In this document: in pieces, positions 32,164 through 42,129 of the stretch
Position numbering within the stretch: position 1 is the first letter of the stretch
Layout of the letters: each line of letters opens with the position of its first letter
Assembly: GCA_002811645.1 (NCBI GenBank)
Contig: PDIP01000009.1
Location: forward strand, 134,150 to 197,204
Direction of reading: 5' to 3'
DNA: 63,055 nt
Source: Corallochytrium limacisporum Hawaii
Taxonomy: Eukaryota > Protista > Pluriformea
Program-made: the position numbers and the translations under genes
Notes under the pieces: generated by a model
The model's database searches: none
What the model was told of the DNA's origin: nothing
Seen by the model: the letters and a program-made list of their open reading frames with translations, nothing else

Positions 32164-32622
32164 TTACAGATCATCGAATTTGAACAAGACTTTGTCAAAG
32201 TTAGCAACATACCCGTCCTTCGTGATTTGAATTCCTTCGTCCTTCAGCATTTGCATCTTCTTGTTCACTTTGTTGCCCTTGCCCCACTCGCCATCAAAGC
32301 CTCCAATAAAACCCTTGGCATCTACCACTCGGTGACAGGGCACCTGTGGAGCATAGGCATTCTTGCGCATGGCTTGTCCTATTGCCCGAGGCGCACTGTG
32401 TAGATGTGCTGCGAGGTCTCTGTAGGTAGTGATCCGGCCGCGGGGCACACGGGCCAGCGTTTCATAGACAGAGCACTGAAACTCCGTGGATATGGTCTTC
32501 AATTGGATTTGGTCTCCATCTGCGCTAACAATTTTCTTCACACCTGGGTGAAAGACGGGGCGACTTACTTTCGCGGGCATGGCTCTGCTGATTGTGTTCG
32601 TGATCTGCTGTGCTGTGCTCAT
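32164..32622 (-). CDS. MGMT: O6-methylguanine-DNA methyltransferase (DNA-binding/active-site domain)
   Basis: FQ..VY...VP.G...TY..LA, PRAIGQAM..N, active-site PCHRV, K..ML.DEG. Confidence 0.9.
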   Translation of the reverse strand: MSTAQQITNTISRAMPAKVSRPVFHPGVKKIVSADGDQIQLKTISTEFQCSVYETLARVPRGRITTYRDLAAHLHSAPRAIGQAMRKNAYAPQVPCHRVVDAKGFIGGFDGEWGKGNKVNKKMQMLKDEGIQITKDGYVANFDKVLFKFDDL

Positions 32623-33032
32623 ATCAGAGATTGTGTCTCACTTAATTCCTAATTCAGGGTTTTGGTGTTAGCTTCATCACAGTTCGTTGTGCCACATCCA
32701 CCAAATACCAATATTGATTGCTGGAGGCAGAGGAAAAGGTCTGCCTCCGAGCTGCAGATCGCGTCGTTGCCATTCATCTGGTGTGAGCTCAGACAGAGCG
32801 ACGGGAGGCGAACCCGACCGAACCCCCAAGCTGCGAGAAGGGGCGCGGCCCGGTGGGGAAAATTGGGGAAAGGCGATAGTTTTTCTCCTCCTGCTCGGAA
32901 GGTGTCGGTCTCATGTGGTGCGCACAGGTAGTTGAGAGGAGACGAGGGATGATGGGATAGCCACTAAAGCCAGTGACAGACTGTTAGTTATTGTGTCGTA
33001 GATCAGATATTGAGATTCGATATGATAGTGTT

Positions 33033-34022
33033 ATGAAAATGGTAACGATGCAGATGTGGTCTCGCTCTGTGATGTCCGGCGCGCTCGGCAGTTGGCTGCA
33101 TGGGTCTCGTCAACGACGGATGTATGTCACAGGAGGTCAGGCCGTTTGCGAATGGGTTCAAAAATTCGAGGAAGCTAAGGTACCGGAAGCAGAGCATTCA
33201 GCAATGCTGCTCTTACAGCACGCTCTGGGAGAGTCCTCAGGTTCAGTAGACTCTCTTTACGAATCCGTGAAGGACTGTGACCTGGACAACAGCACAATCA
33301 GCAAGTTTACAAAGTATTGCCGACAACGACTGCAACATCAACCTCTGCAGTATATTATTGGATTATGGGCCTTCCACAACATAGAGGTCGAAGTAGCAGC
33401 ACCGGTGCTCATTCCTCGTCCGGAAACCGAGACGCTGGTCGACCTCGCTCTAGACAGCATTGAAGCGATGGACACGCATCCGATCCGGGTTCTTGATGTC
33501 GGCTGTGGTACCGGGTGCATCTCTCTTGCCATTGTCCATGCACTTCGCGAGATGGGCAAACCAGTATCTGCACATGCAATTGATACCAATGCCACTGCTG
33601 TGGCCTTGGCCCAAAGGAATGCAGAGCGGATGGGATTGACTGAGCAGTTCTCAGTTGAACAGGGTGACGTGGGTGTGTTTGTGCCTGATGAACCATTCGA
33701 TTTGCTGGTGTCCAACCCCCCGTATCTGACTTCGGCGCAAATGACAACTCTGCCAAAGCAAATCCGGCGTTTCGAGGACATGCATGCCTTACACGGCGGC
33801 AAGGACGGCCTCGACACGATACGTAGCATTCTCAAAGCCTCTGACTTGCTGGTCAAACCAGGGGCACAGGTCATTATTGAAATCGATCCGGATCAAGTGG
33901 ACAACATTAACAAGTTCATGAGGTCAAAGAAAGCGAGGCATTTAACAGCTGTAACCTACAAGCAGGATCTGCTCAAACGAGATCGTTTCTTGGTGACGTC
34001 CGTGAAAAATGATCCACAGTAG
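33033..34022 (+). CDS. HEMK1: Mitochondrial release-factor glutamine methyltransferase (HemK/PrmC)
   Basis: PLQYIIG, VLIPRPETETLV, LDVGCGTGCI, VSNPPY, AL.GG.DGLD. First ATG at 33033. Confidence 0.95.
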   Translation: MKMVTMQMWSRSVMSGALGSWLHGSRQRRMYVTGGQAVCEWVQKFEEAKVPEAEHSAMLLLQHALGESSGSVDSLYESVKDCDLDNSTISKFTKYCRQRLQHQPLQYIIGLWAFHNIEVEVAAPVLIPRPETETLVDLALDSIEAMDTHPIRVLDVGCGTGCISLAIVHALREMGKPVSAHAIDTNATAVALAQRNAERMGLTEQFSVEQGDVGVFVPDEPFDLLVSNPPYLTSAQMTTLPKQIRRFEDMHALHGGKDGLDTIRSILKASDLLVKPGAQVIIEIDPDQVDNINKFMRSKKARHLTAVTYKQDLLKRDRFLVTSVKNDPQ

Positions 34023-34083
34023 CACTATGATAAGAAGCTTAGGCTATTCTTTAATTTGTTAACTTATGTCGCGCGCCGTTCGT

Positions 34084-35166
34084 TCAGCGCAATGGCTGCT
34101 TCTGCATCTCGCCGTTGCTCAAGCGTCGCGGGCACTGCACGGGTCTGGTTGAGTGGGACTGCAGTGCATGTGCGTAGTAAGACCATTGGTTTCGATTCCT
34201 CGTGTACCATTCAATGGTTTCCTTGAGCTTACAGAGGTGCCCGCCACTATCGCTAAAGATATGATGTTCCTGGTCCCAAATGTCCGACATGAATTTTGTA
34301 CAGTCTAATGGATACCAGTGATCGTTGACCTGGCGATCCATGACATAGTCAATGTACTTCTCGGGGTCAGCATCAGGATGGATCTGCTCTATGAGCATGA
34401 CTGCCAGGTCACGGATTGTGATAGGCTGCATACCCGGGTTTCCCACATTGTAGATGCTGCCAATGCTTCCCTTGACCATGATCTCCCAAAGTGCTTTGAC
34501 AGCATCATCAATCCACATGAAGAAGCGCTCGTCTTTGCCGCTGCCGTGGATCTCGCACTTCTTGCCGTCGAGGAGACGGCTGATGAATTTTGGAATAACT
34601 TTTTCTGGGTATTGTCGAGGTCCGTACAGATTACACGGCCGCACCACGATCAAAGGAAGATTGGTGTACCGAAATGGTCGCAACATCATTTCACCAGCGG
34701 CCTTGGATGCCGCATACGGATTTGTGGCCTCCAAGGGATTATCCTCCTTGCAGTATCTCCGGTTGAAACCGCCATATACCTCATCTGTACTCACGTGCAG
34801 GAAGCACACGAGTTTTCCGTAGTCCCGACATGCCCTCGCCAAACTATAAGTTCCATGAACATTCGTATATATGAACTCATGCGCACTAGTAAAACTCAAA
34901 TCTACATGGCTCTGGGCGGCACAATGGATGACAGCGTCTACCTTGTGCTTCAGTAGCAGATTTAGAACATAGTCATAATCACAGACGTCTGCCTCGTAAA
35001 TAGAAACCGCGTCCGGGTTATCTAAATTGCCCCTGTGCGCCGGGTAGTCGTTGATATCCAAGACTATGACTTTCTTTGCCTTTTTAACTAGGAAGTTCAC
35101 GATATTGGATCCCAAAAAGCCGAGCCCACCAGTAACCAAAATGGTCTCAGGCACTGGCCTGGACAT
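34084..35166 (-). CDS. TGDS: NDP-glucose 4,6-dehydratase (TGDS/RmlB/RHM N-domain type, extended SDR)
   Basis: ILVTGGLGFLGS, H.AAQSHVD.SF, HVSTDEVYG, NPYAASKAA, N.YGPRQYPEKVIPKFI. Confidence 0.9.
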   Translation of the reverse strand: MSRPVPETILVTGGLGFLGSNIVNFLVKKAKKVIVLDINDYPAHRGNLDNPDAVSIYEADVCDYDYVLNLLLKHKVDAVIHCAAQSHVDLSFTSAHEFIYTNVHGTYSLARACRDYGKLVCFLHVSTDEVYGGFNRRYCKEDNPLEATNPYAASKAAGEMMLRPFRYTNLPLIVVRPCNLYGPRQYPEKVIPKFISRLLDGKKCEIHGSGKDERFFMWIDDAVKALWEIMVKGSIGSIYNVGNPGMQPITIRDLAVMLIEQIHPDADPEKYIDYVMDRQVNDHWYPLDCTKFMSDIWDQEHHIFSDSGGHLCKLKETIEWYTRNRNQWSYYAHALQSHSTRPVQCPRRLSNGEMQKQPLR

Positions 35167-35465
35167 ATTTGCTTATATAGTGATGTGTATTTACCACCTG
35201 GTTTACGTTAACAAGTGTCGTTTTCTTTAACAATTTCGTCTTTGACTGGCATACATTGCTGCCTAGACCCCAAAGCAAAAGTACCTGGGTGCTCATCCAC
35301 GGACTCTACCACCCTCGGATACGCCCCAACTCCGCTTCCTACATATGGAGAATCAGGGGCAGGTCCCGCCCGGGCCCTGCCTCCGAGGAGGTAAACTAAA
35401 ACTGAAGCACTCATTATTACTAATTTACCCCGCTCGGTTATTGTGGTGGTCATAGAGAGCTTTCT

Positions 35466-35810
35466 TTAGTCCGAGTCTGAATCGGAAGCATAGGCAGCCA
35501 GTGCACTGAGAGCGCTTTCTGGACCTGAAACTGGTTTGCTTGCTTTCTGTTCTGGGTCCAGTGACTTCTGTGGTTTTGAGGCCTGTTCTGAGGCACGAGG
35601 AGGTCCAGAAGACGTGTTTTGATCCGGCCACGGGATTGCATCTAGATCTGGAATGAAGTCGTACGGTGCGCCACTGCGTGGCAGAGGTGGAAGGTATCCA
35701 TCAGGAATAACAATGATTTGCGGAGGTTCTTGCCATCCTTTTGCCTTTTCTGACCCTGATTGCTGGCCCCTCGGATCCGAACGGTCTATCCGTCTACGTT
35801 TCGGATCCAT
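35466..35810 (-). CDS. Hypothetical 114-aa protein with basic N-terminus and acidic C-terminal motif
   Basis: MDPKRRRI (NLS-like) ... SALSALAAYASDSDSD*. CAAATGG start context. Confidence 0.55.
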   Translation of the reverse strand: MDPKRRRIDRSDPRGQQSGSEKAKGWQEPPQIIVIPDGYLPPLPRSGAPYDFIPDLDAIPWPDQNTSSGPPRASEQASKPQKSLDPEQKASKPVSGPESALSALAAYASDSDSD

Positions 35811-36873
35811 TTGGACACTATTCTGCCTCTGGCATGAGGTCCCTTCGGCCAATACCAAAGTCAGGGCATCCTAATTAGAATCACATGACCCAAAATATAT
35901 CAAATAACATGAACGGTGTCCAGAAACAATGCAGCAGGCTTGGACACTGCCCGCCGAGATCTCGGAATCACCCTCCCCAACCCCGTGTTTTGTCTTCCTA
36001 TTTCCCGCCAACCCTAACCCCGTTCAGCTGAAGGGACCGAGAAAACAAAAAAAAGGGGGTTCTAGGCGGGCGTTTTTGCAAGAGTCCATCAGCAGACCAC
36101 AACCGGTCCCAACCGATGTTCGGGTCAAACCTGACCTAGAGAGTACCGGGTCCGGTTTGGGTCGGAAACCCCTCTATCTCTACAGCCCCCCTGCCCCCCC
36201 GGCGGGGGGGGGGGCGGGGGCTTCCCACCTTTTTCCCGGCTTCGCCTCGTTCGGTCTTCATCTTTCGTTCGATCACATATAAATCTAGTATGGTGGTATG
36301 GTGTCCTTCTTACCTCTATAACCCTTGCCTCGGTGTGCAAGAAAGACTGTGCGTGTGGGTGGATTGGCTACCCTTCTCGCCTTACACGCGAAGTGCGAAG
36401 TCAGCAATTGCCGGAGTGGAGGAGGTTATGAGAAACTGGTTCAATACGTTCTGTAGGAGATGAGCGACTCAGCCACACGCTTCGGTGGCGCCCCCCCCCC
36501 CCCACACACTCCGACGTCTGTGCGGACAAGCGACGGAGTAAGTCGGCGAAATGGGGGGGGGGTGCAGTTCCCGAAGGGCTCCCCCAAAGCGCAGGGGAGG
36601 GGAAGAGAGGTCACACGGGGCATTTGTGCGAGTTATTGAGCATATACGGCCACCACATGCGAGAGACATGGAACGGATGATTCTGCCCTTGTATTTGGGG
36701 CCTCCGATCAGTGGCAAAGAATTTGAAGTTATTACTTTAGTCACTGTGTCTATAGATAGTGTTTGGATAGGGGGAGATATTGTAATTGGTAAGAATAGCA
36801 GTTGAAGAATAGTCATGAAGCTTCTGAGCTATGGATAGGCCCGCATCCGGGATATAGACTCTACCCAAACACG

Positions 36874-39800
36874 ATGGAAGAATACGTTGAACACTGGGCT
36901 TGGGACCCAGTATACACCCACACTAGACGTGACGCAGAGGTGTCAGAAGATAGTCTGTTTGGAATAGATGGCACGATCATCTACAAAGTTGCCACGGCAC
37001 TGCCGGTCGTAGTGCTCTGCATTGCTGGGTTCTGGAGAATGGTTGTTGCCATGCGTTCCACAAAACAGAGGCCTGATTTGTCTGCCAAGCCTCTGTATTG
37101 GGTAAAGCTAGCAATGGTCGGAGTTCAATTGGTGCACGCCGTGCTGTTCAGTGGTGAGCTATGGCTGTCGAGTGGAATTGAGGACTGGTACGGTATCTTG
37201 TCCTTTCTGGGCGCAGCTGTGGTGATGGTGTTGATGGTGGTTGACCATACTATAAACAAAGTGAACAACTATGCCATTCAGGCATATTTTCTGATCACAT
37301 TCCTCATGAACCTGTTGGTGATCGGTCTGAGGGTCTCGCACACAATCGACACACCAGGCCTGGAGTTGATCGATATGAGTACAGGTCTGGCGATCATTTG
37401 TGTCAACATGGTGCTGTCTGGTGTACGTGATCACGAGAAGGCACACTACATTGCCATTGGTGATGAGGATGATGAATTTGAAGAACACGAGACGGATAGA
37501 CATGGTTGGCCCGAAGAGGACGCGAACTTCTTCTCCCGTATCACGTTCTGGTGGATGACAGACATGATTGTTCTCGGGCACAAGAGACCGCTTGAGTCGG
37601 GAGATTTGTGGTCACTGTCAGATGATCTTAAAACGGAAAATCTTCAAAAGAAGTTTATGGAACACTGGGAGAGAGACCTTCGCAAAGGGAAGGCAAATGT
37701 TTTCCGCACGATTTTGCTTGGATTTGGGCGACAGTTCTACATGGCAGCTCTATTCAAGGCTTGTCAAGATATCTTGGCCTTTGTAAGTCCCCAATTGCTC
37801 AAGGCATTGATCACCTTTGCAAAAGATCTCAATGCACCATGGTATCATGGTGCCATGTTGGCTGGAATGATGTTCTCCACGGCAATGCTGCAAAGTGTTG
37901 TTCTACATCAATACTTTCACCGTTGTTTTGCATCTGGTGTGAAGTTCAGGTCTGCAATCATCAGTGCCATCTATGAAAAGTCGTTCAAACTCAGCAGCAA
38001 GGCTAGGCAGGAGAGTACAAGTGGTGAAATTGTCAACTTGATGGCCGTCGATGCACAGCGGTTTATGGATCTCACCACTTACGTGCATATGATTTGGAGT
38101 GCACCCTTACAGATCGTCTTTGCACTGTACTTCTTGCATGACCTGTTGGGTTGGAGTGTATTTGCGGGTGTCGGGGTTATGTTGATCCTTATGCCCTTCA
38201 ACACGTTAATTGCCTACCTCAGCAAGAAGCTGCAGATCAAGCAAATGAAGTGGAAGGATTTGCGGATCCGTTTGATGGGTGAAATTTTGAACGGTATCAA
38301 AGTCATCAAACTGTACTCGTGGGACGAATTCTTTGAGGAGAAGGTTTCTGATATTCGTCGCGAGGAAGTTGCTGTCTTGAGGAAGGCTGCCTACTTGGAT
38401 TCAGCTTCAACATTTTCATGGTCTACGGCCCCCTTCTTCGTGGCATTGTGCACATTTGCGACGTACACATTGCTGGGCGGGGATCTCACTCCTGACAAAG
38501 CTTTCGTCGCCCTGAGTCTCTTCAATTTGCTGCAGTTTCCTCTGAACATGTTGCCAATGCTGATCACCTCACTTGTTCAAGCACAGGTTGCTGCAAATCG
38601 AATCGGCAAGTTCCTGAAGCACGATGAACTGGATCCGGATAACGTGCAAAAGGAGGCTTTCCAGCCGGGCCAACCGGTGCTGGAAGTCCGGCGGGGTACA
38701 TTTTCTTGGGGCTCGGAAGATGATCATGTCCTCAAGGACATTAATCTGAACGTGAAGCCTGGCGAAATTGTGGCTGTGATCGGTTCCGTGGGCTCTGGCA
38801 AGAGTTCACTACTAAATGCTATCCTTGGTGATATGATCAAGGTCAACGGCCAAGTGGTCCAACGAGGATCCCTGGCCTATGTTCCCCAGCAGGCCTGGAT
38901 TCAGAACGCGACAGTGCAAAACAACATTCTGTTTGGCAAGTCTTACAAACAGGATGAGTATGAGCGGGTGCTGGATAGCTGTGCACTGCGGGATGATCTT
39001 AAGATTCTGGCTGATGGAGACCAGACCGAGATCGGCGAGCGCGGTGTCAATCTTTCCGGAGGGCAGAAGCAGCGCGTGTCCTTGGCTCGTGCTGTATATC
39101 AGAATATGGATCTCTACCTCTTAGATGATCCATTGAGTGCCGTTGACGTACACGTGGGCAAACATCTGTTTAAGCATGTTATTGGGCCCAAGGGTGTTCT
39201 GAATAGCGCGGCACGTATCCTTGTCAGCCACCAGCTGTGGACGCTTCCCAAGGTAGATCGAGTCATTGTACTGCGAAACGGTAAGATTGCCATGGAAGGT
39301 CACTACAATGAGCTGATGGAGAACTCTAAGGACTTCTGTGATTTCATCAATGAGTATGCCGAAGAGCACCACGAGGAAGAGGACGAAAACGTGCCAGAGA
39401 GCGATGAAGAAAATGGTTCATTGATTCCCATAGAGAATGGTGAGGCCCCGGACGTTGATGGCAGTGGAAAGGGCACCAACGGAACTCACAATCCTGCCAA
39501 GCCTGTAGTTGGCAACGGGAGCACGAAAGGAGGTTTGATTGAGATCGAGAAGCAGGAGGTGGGAAGTGTCGACGTGGGCGTTTACTTTAGTTATCTTAAG
39601 GCCCTTAGTCGCATGGGAGTATTTGGAATCTTACTCTTTGCAATCTGTCAGCAGGCCAGTCAAGTTATGACCAATGTGTGGCTTTCATGGTGGAGTAATG
39701 CAGTCGAGGTTGCAAAGGAGCACGGTGAAAAGGCGAGTGTCCGCTTCTGGCTTGGTGGCTATGGCTTTTTCGGTCTTGCCCAATCTGTGTTTGTTGTGGC

Positions 39801-41907
39801 TGCTGCGATTACAATGTCTCTAACGTCTCTCTTCGCGGCCATACGCCTACATCGTCAAATGCTACACTCTGTACTGAGGTCACCAATGTCCTTCTTTGAC
39901 ACGACTCCTGTGGGTCGCATTGTGAATCGTTTTTCCAAGGACATTTACGTCGTGGATGAAGCGATCCCAAGGACAATGCGGTCGTTCATAAGCACATCTC
40001 TCAGAGTCATAGGCGTCATAGCGGTCATTACGTACTCGACGCCGCTGTTCATTGTCGCAATTGCACCTCTTTCCGTCGTCTATGTGGTAATCCAGCGCTA
40101 CTATGTCGCTACGTCTCGTCAATTGCAACGTCTGGATAGTGTCAGTCGGTCTCCAGTGTACGCCCACTTTGGCGAGACCCTGGGCGGTCTTTCCGTGATC
40201 CGTGCGTTTGGCATGGTGAGCGAGTTTTGTCACAGTAGCTTTGAAAAAGTCGACTTCAATGCCATGGCCTACTTCCCCAATGTCTCTGCCAATCGCTGGC
40301 TGGCTGTACGGTTGGAGTTCATGGGCAATCTGGTCATTCTGTGCGCTGCAGGATTTGCGGTGATAGAACGTGAGAAACTGGGCCCTGCTCTTGTCGGCTT
40401 AAGCATTTCCTACGCGCTCAGCGTGACGCAGTCCCTCAACTGGTTGGTCCGGATGACTTCCAATATGGAGACAAACATTATCGGTGTGGAGCGAATTCAG
40501 GAATACTCTACCCTCACCCCTGAAGCCCCGCGGACCATGCCGAATGAAAACGATTTCTTTGAGGCAGACTATGCTATGCTCGAGGACATAAGCGCCACGC
40601 CTCGAAGCTCTGGTCGTTACCGTCGCTTGAGTCGAGTCAGCTACACGTCGCAGGACGAGCTACTCAGCAACGACAGGGCCACCCCACAGAGCACGCCGCG
40701 GCAGAACTCTGCTCGCAATCTCGCACGCCGGTCGAGTCAATCCATAATCTTGGATGGTGGACCAGAGCAGAATGCGCTGATCAACGGCTCGCAATGGCCT
40801 ACGGAGGGACGTGTGGTGTTCCGTGAATACGCCGTGCGGTATCGCAAGGGTCTGGACCTCGTGCTCAAAGACATTAATGTCCACATTGAAGGGGGCGAAA
40901 AGATTGGTGTCTGCGGTCGCACGGGTGCTGGCAAGTCAAGCCTGACACTCGGTCTGTTCCGCCTTATCGAACCGGCCAGCGGTAACATTTTTATTGACGG
41001 CATCGACATTGCCGGCATGGGGCTCGCTCGCTTGCGTAGCAGCTTGACCATTATTCCCCAGGACGCATTCCTATTTACCGGTACCGTCCGGGAGAATGTT
41101 GATCCGACTAAAGCATACAGTGATGCTGCCATCTGGCGCGCGCTCGAGAGTGCGCATCTCAAACTTTACATTGAGAGTCGACCAGGAGGTTTGGAGTCCG
41201 AGGTGAGCGAGAGTGGCGATAATCTGTCGATGGGTCAGCGGCAGCTGCTTTGTCTCGCCCGTGCCTTGCTACGGCGCACTAAGATTCTCATTCTTGACGA
41301 GGCCACTGCCTCCATCGACATGGAGACCGACAACCTCGTGCAGAAGATTATTCGCGAGGAGTTCTGCGACTGTACCGTGATAACCATTGCGCATCGTCTT
41401 AACACCATCCTTGATAACGACAGGTAAGTATAAGCTGAGGGCACCAACAGTGGCTTGCGAAGGGTCCTTTAGTGTTTCTAAGGCTGAGGTCTCTTTTTCT
41501 TCCCGAAGGAGCCTCTCTCTGAGCACAGGGTCTGCGCAGCCAAGGAGGGCGCCGGCCCCTCCTCTCCCCCCAGTTTCTCTCCCCCCTCCCTGCCCCTTTC
41601 TTTCCGCTGGCTGCTGGCCTGGCTTTGGTGTGTGTTTTATTATGAGTTTTGTATGCATGCAAAGGAGCCCCCGTTTACTAACGACGTCCCCCTTACCCAC
41701 TTCCCCGCCCCGCTCTCTCTTTTTTCAATTTTGTACAGAATATTAGTCTTGAGTGCCGGTCGCGTGAAAGAGTTCGACAGCCCGGACAAGCTCTTGGCCG
41801 ACCAAGAGTCGCTTTTCTTCCAAATGGTGAATGCCAGCAGTGCCAAGCGTACCGATCACGGCGATGGCAGTGCCAGTGGCAGTGCCAATCTGGTAGAGAT
41901 TCAATGA
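36874..41907 (+). CDS. ABCC: ABC transporter subfamily C (long MRP1/YCF1 type with TMD0); exons 36874-41423 and 41739-41907
   Basis: TMD0, then PEE.ANFFSRITFWW; NBD1 GSVGSGKSS / NLSGGQKQR / YLLDDPLSAVD; FFDTTPVGRIVNRFSKD; NBD2 GRTGAGKSS / NLSMGQRQ / ILDEATA / IAHRLNTI. Splicing adds RILVLSAGRVKEFDSP..LL. Confidence 0.96.
41424..41738 (+). other. Spliceosomal intron of the ABCC gene (315 nt, phase 2)
   Basis: AG|GTAAGT donor, TACTAAC branch site (41676-41682), long pyrimidine tract, TACAG acceptor. Splicing restores D-R-ILVL. Confidence 0.95.
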
Positions 41908-42129
41908 AAGAATTGGTACTTAAGGCATTCTGTGAAACCAATGTAACTATAGTGCCGTCAACAAAGGACATGTGTCCGGGAACGATTATTTGACATGAAT
42001 GTAATATAGGTTGTTCTCTACACTTTTCAATGTACTTGATGAACGTGAGAATGGGATAGTTGAGAGCGTAGTAATTTACAGCACAGACAGGTGGTGAACG
42101 AGACTCGTCATGGACGCAGCACACGGACA

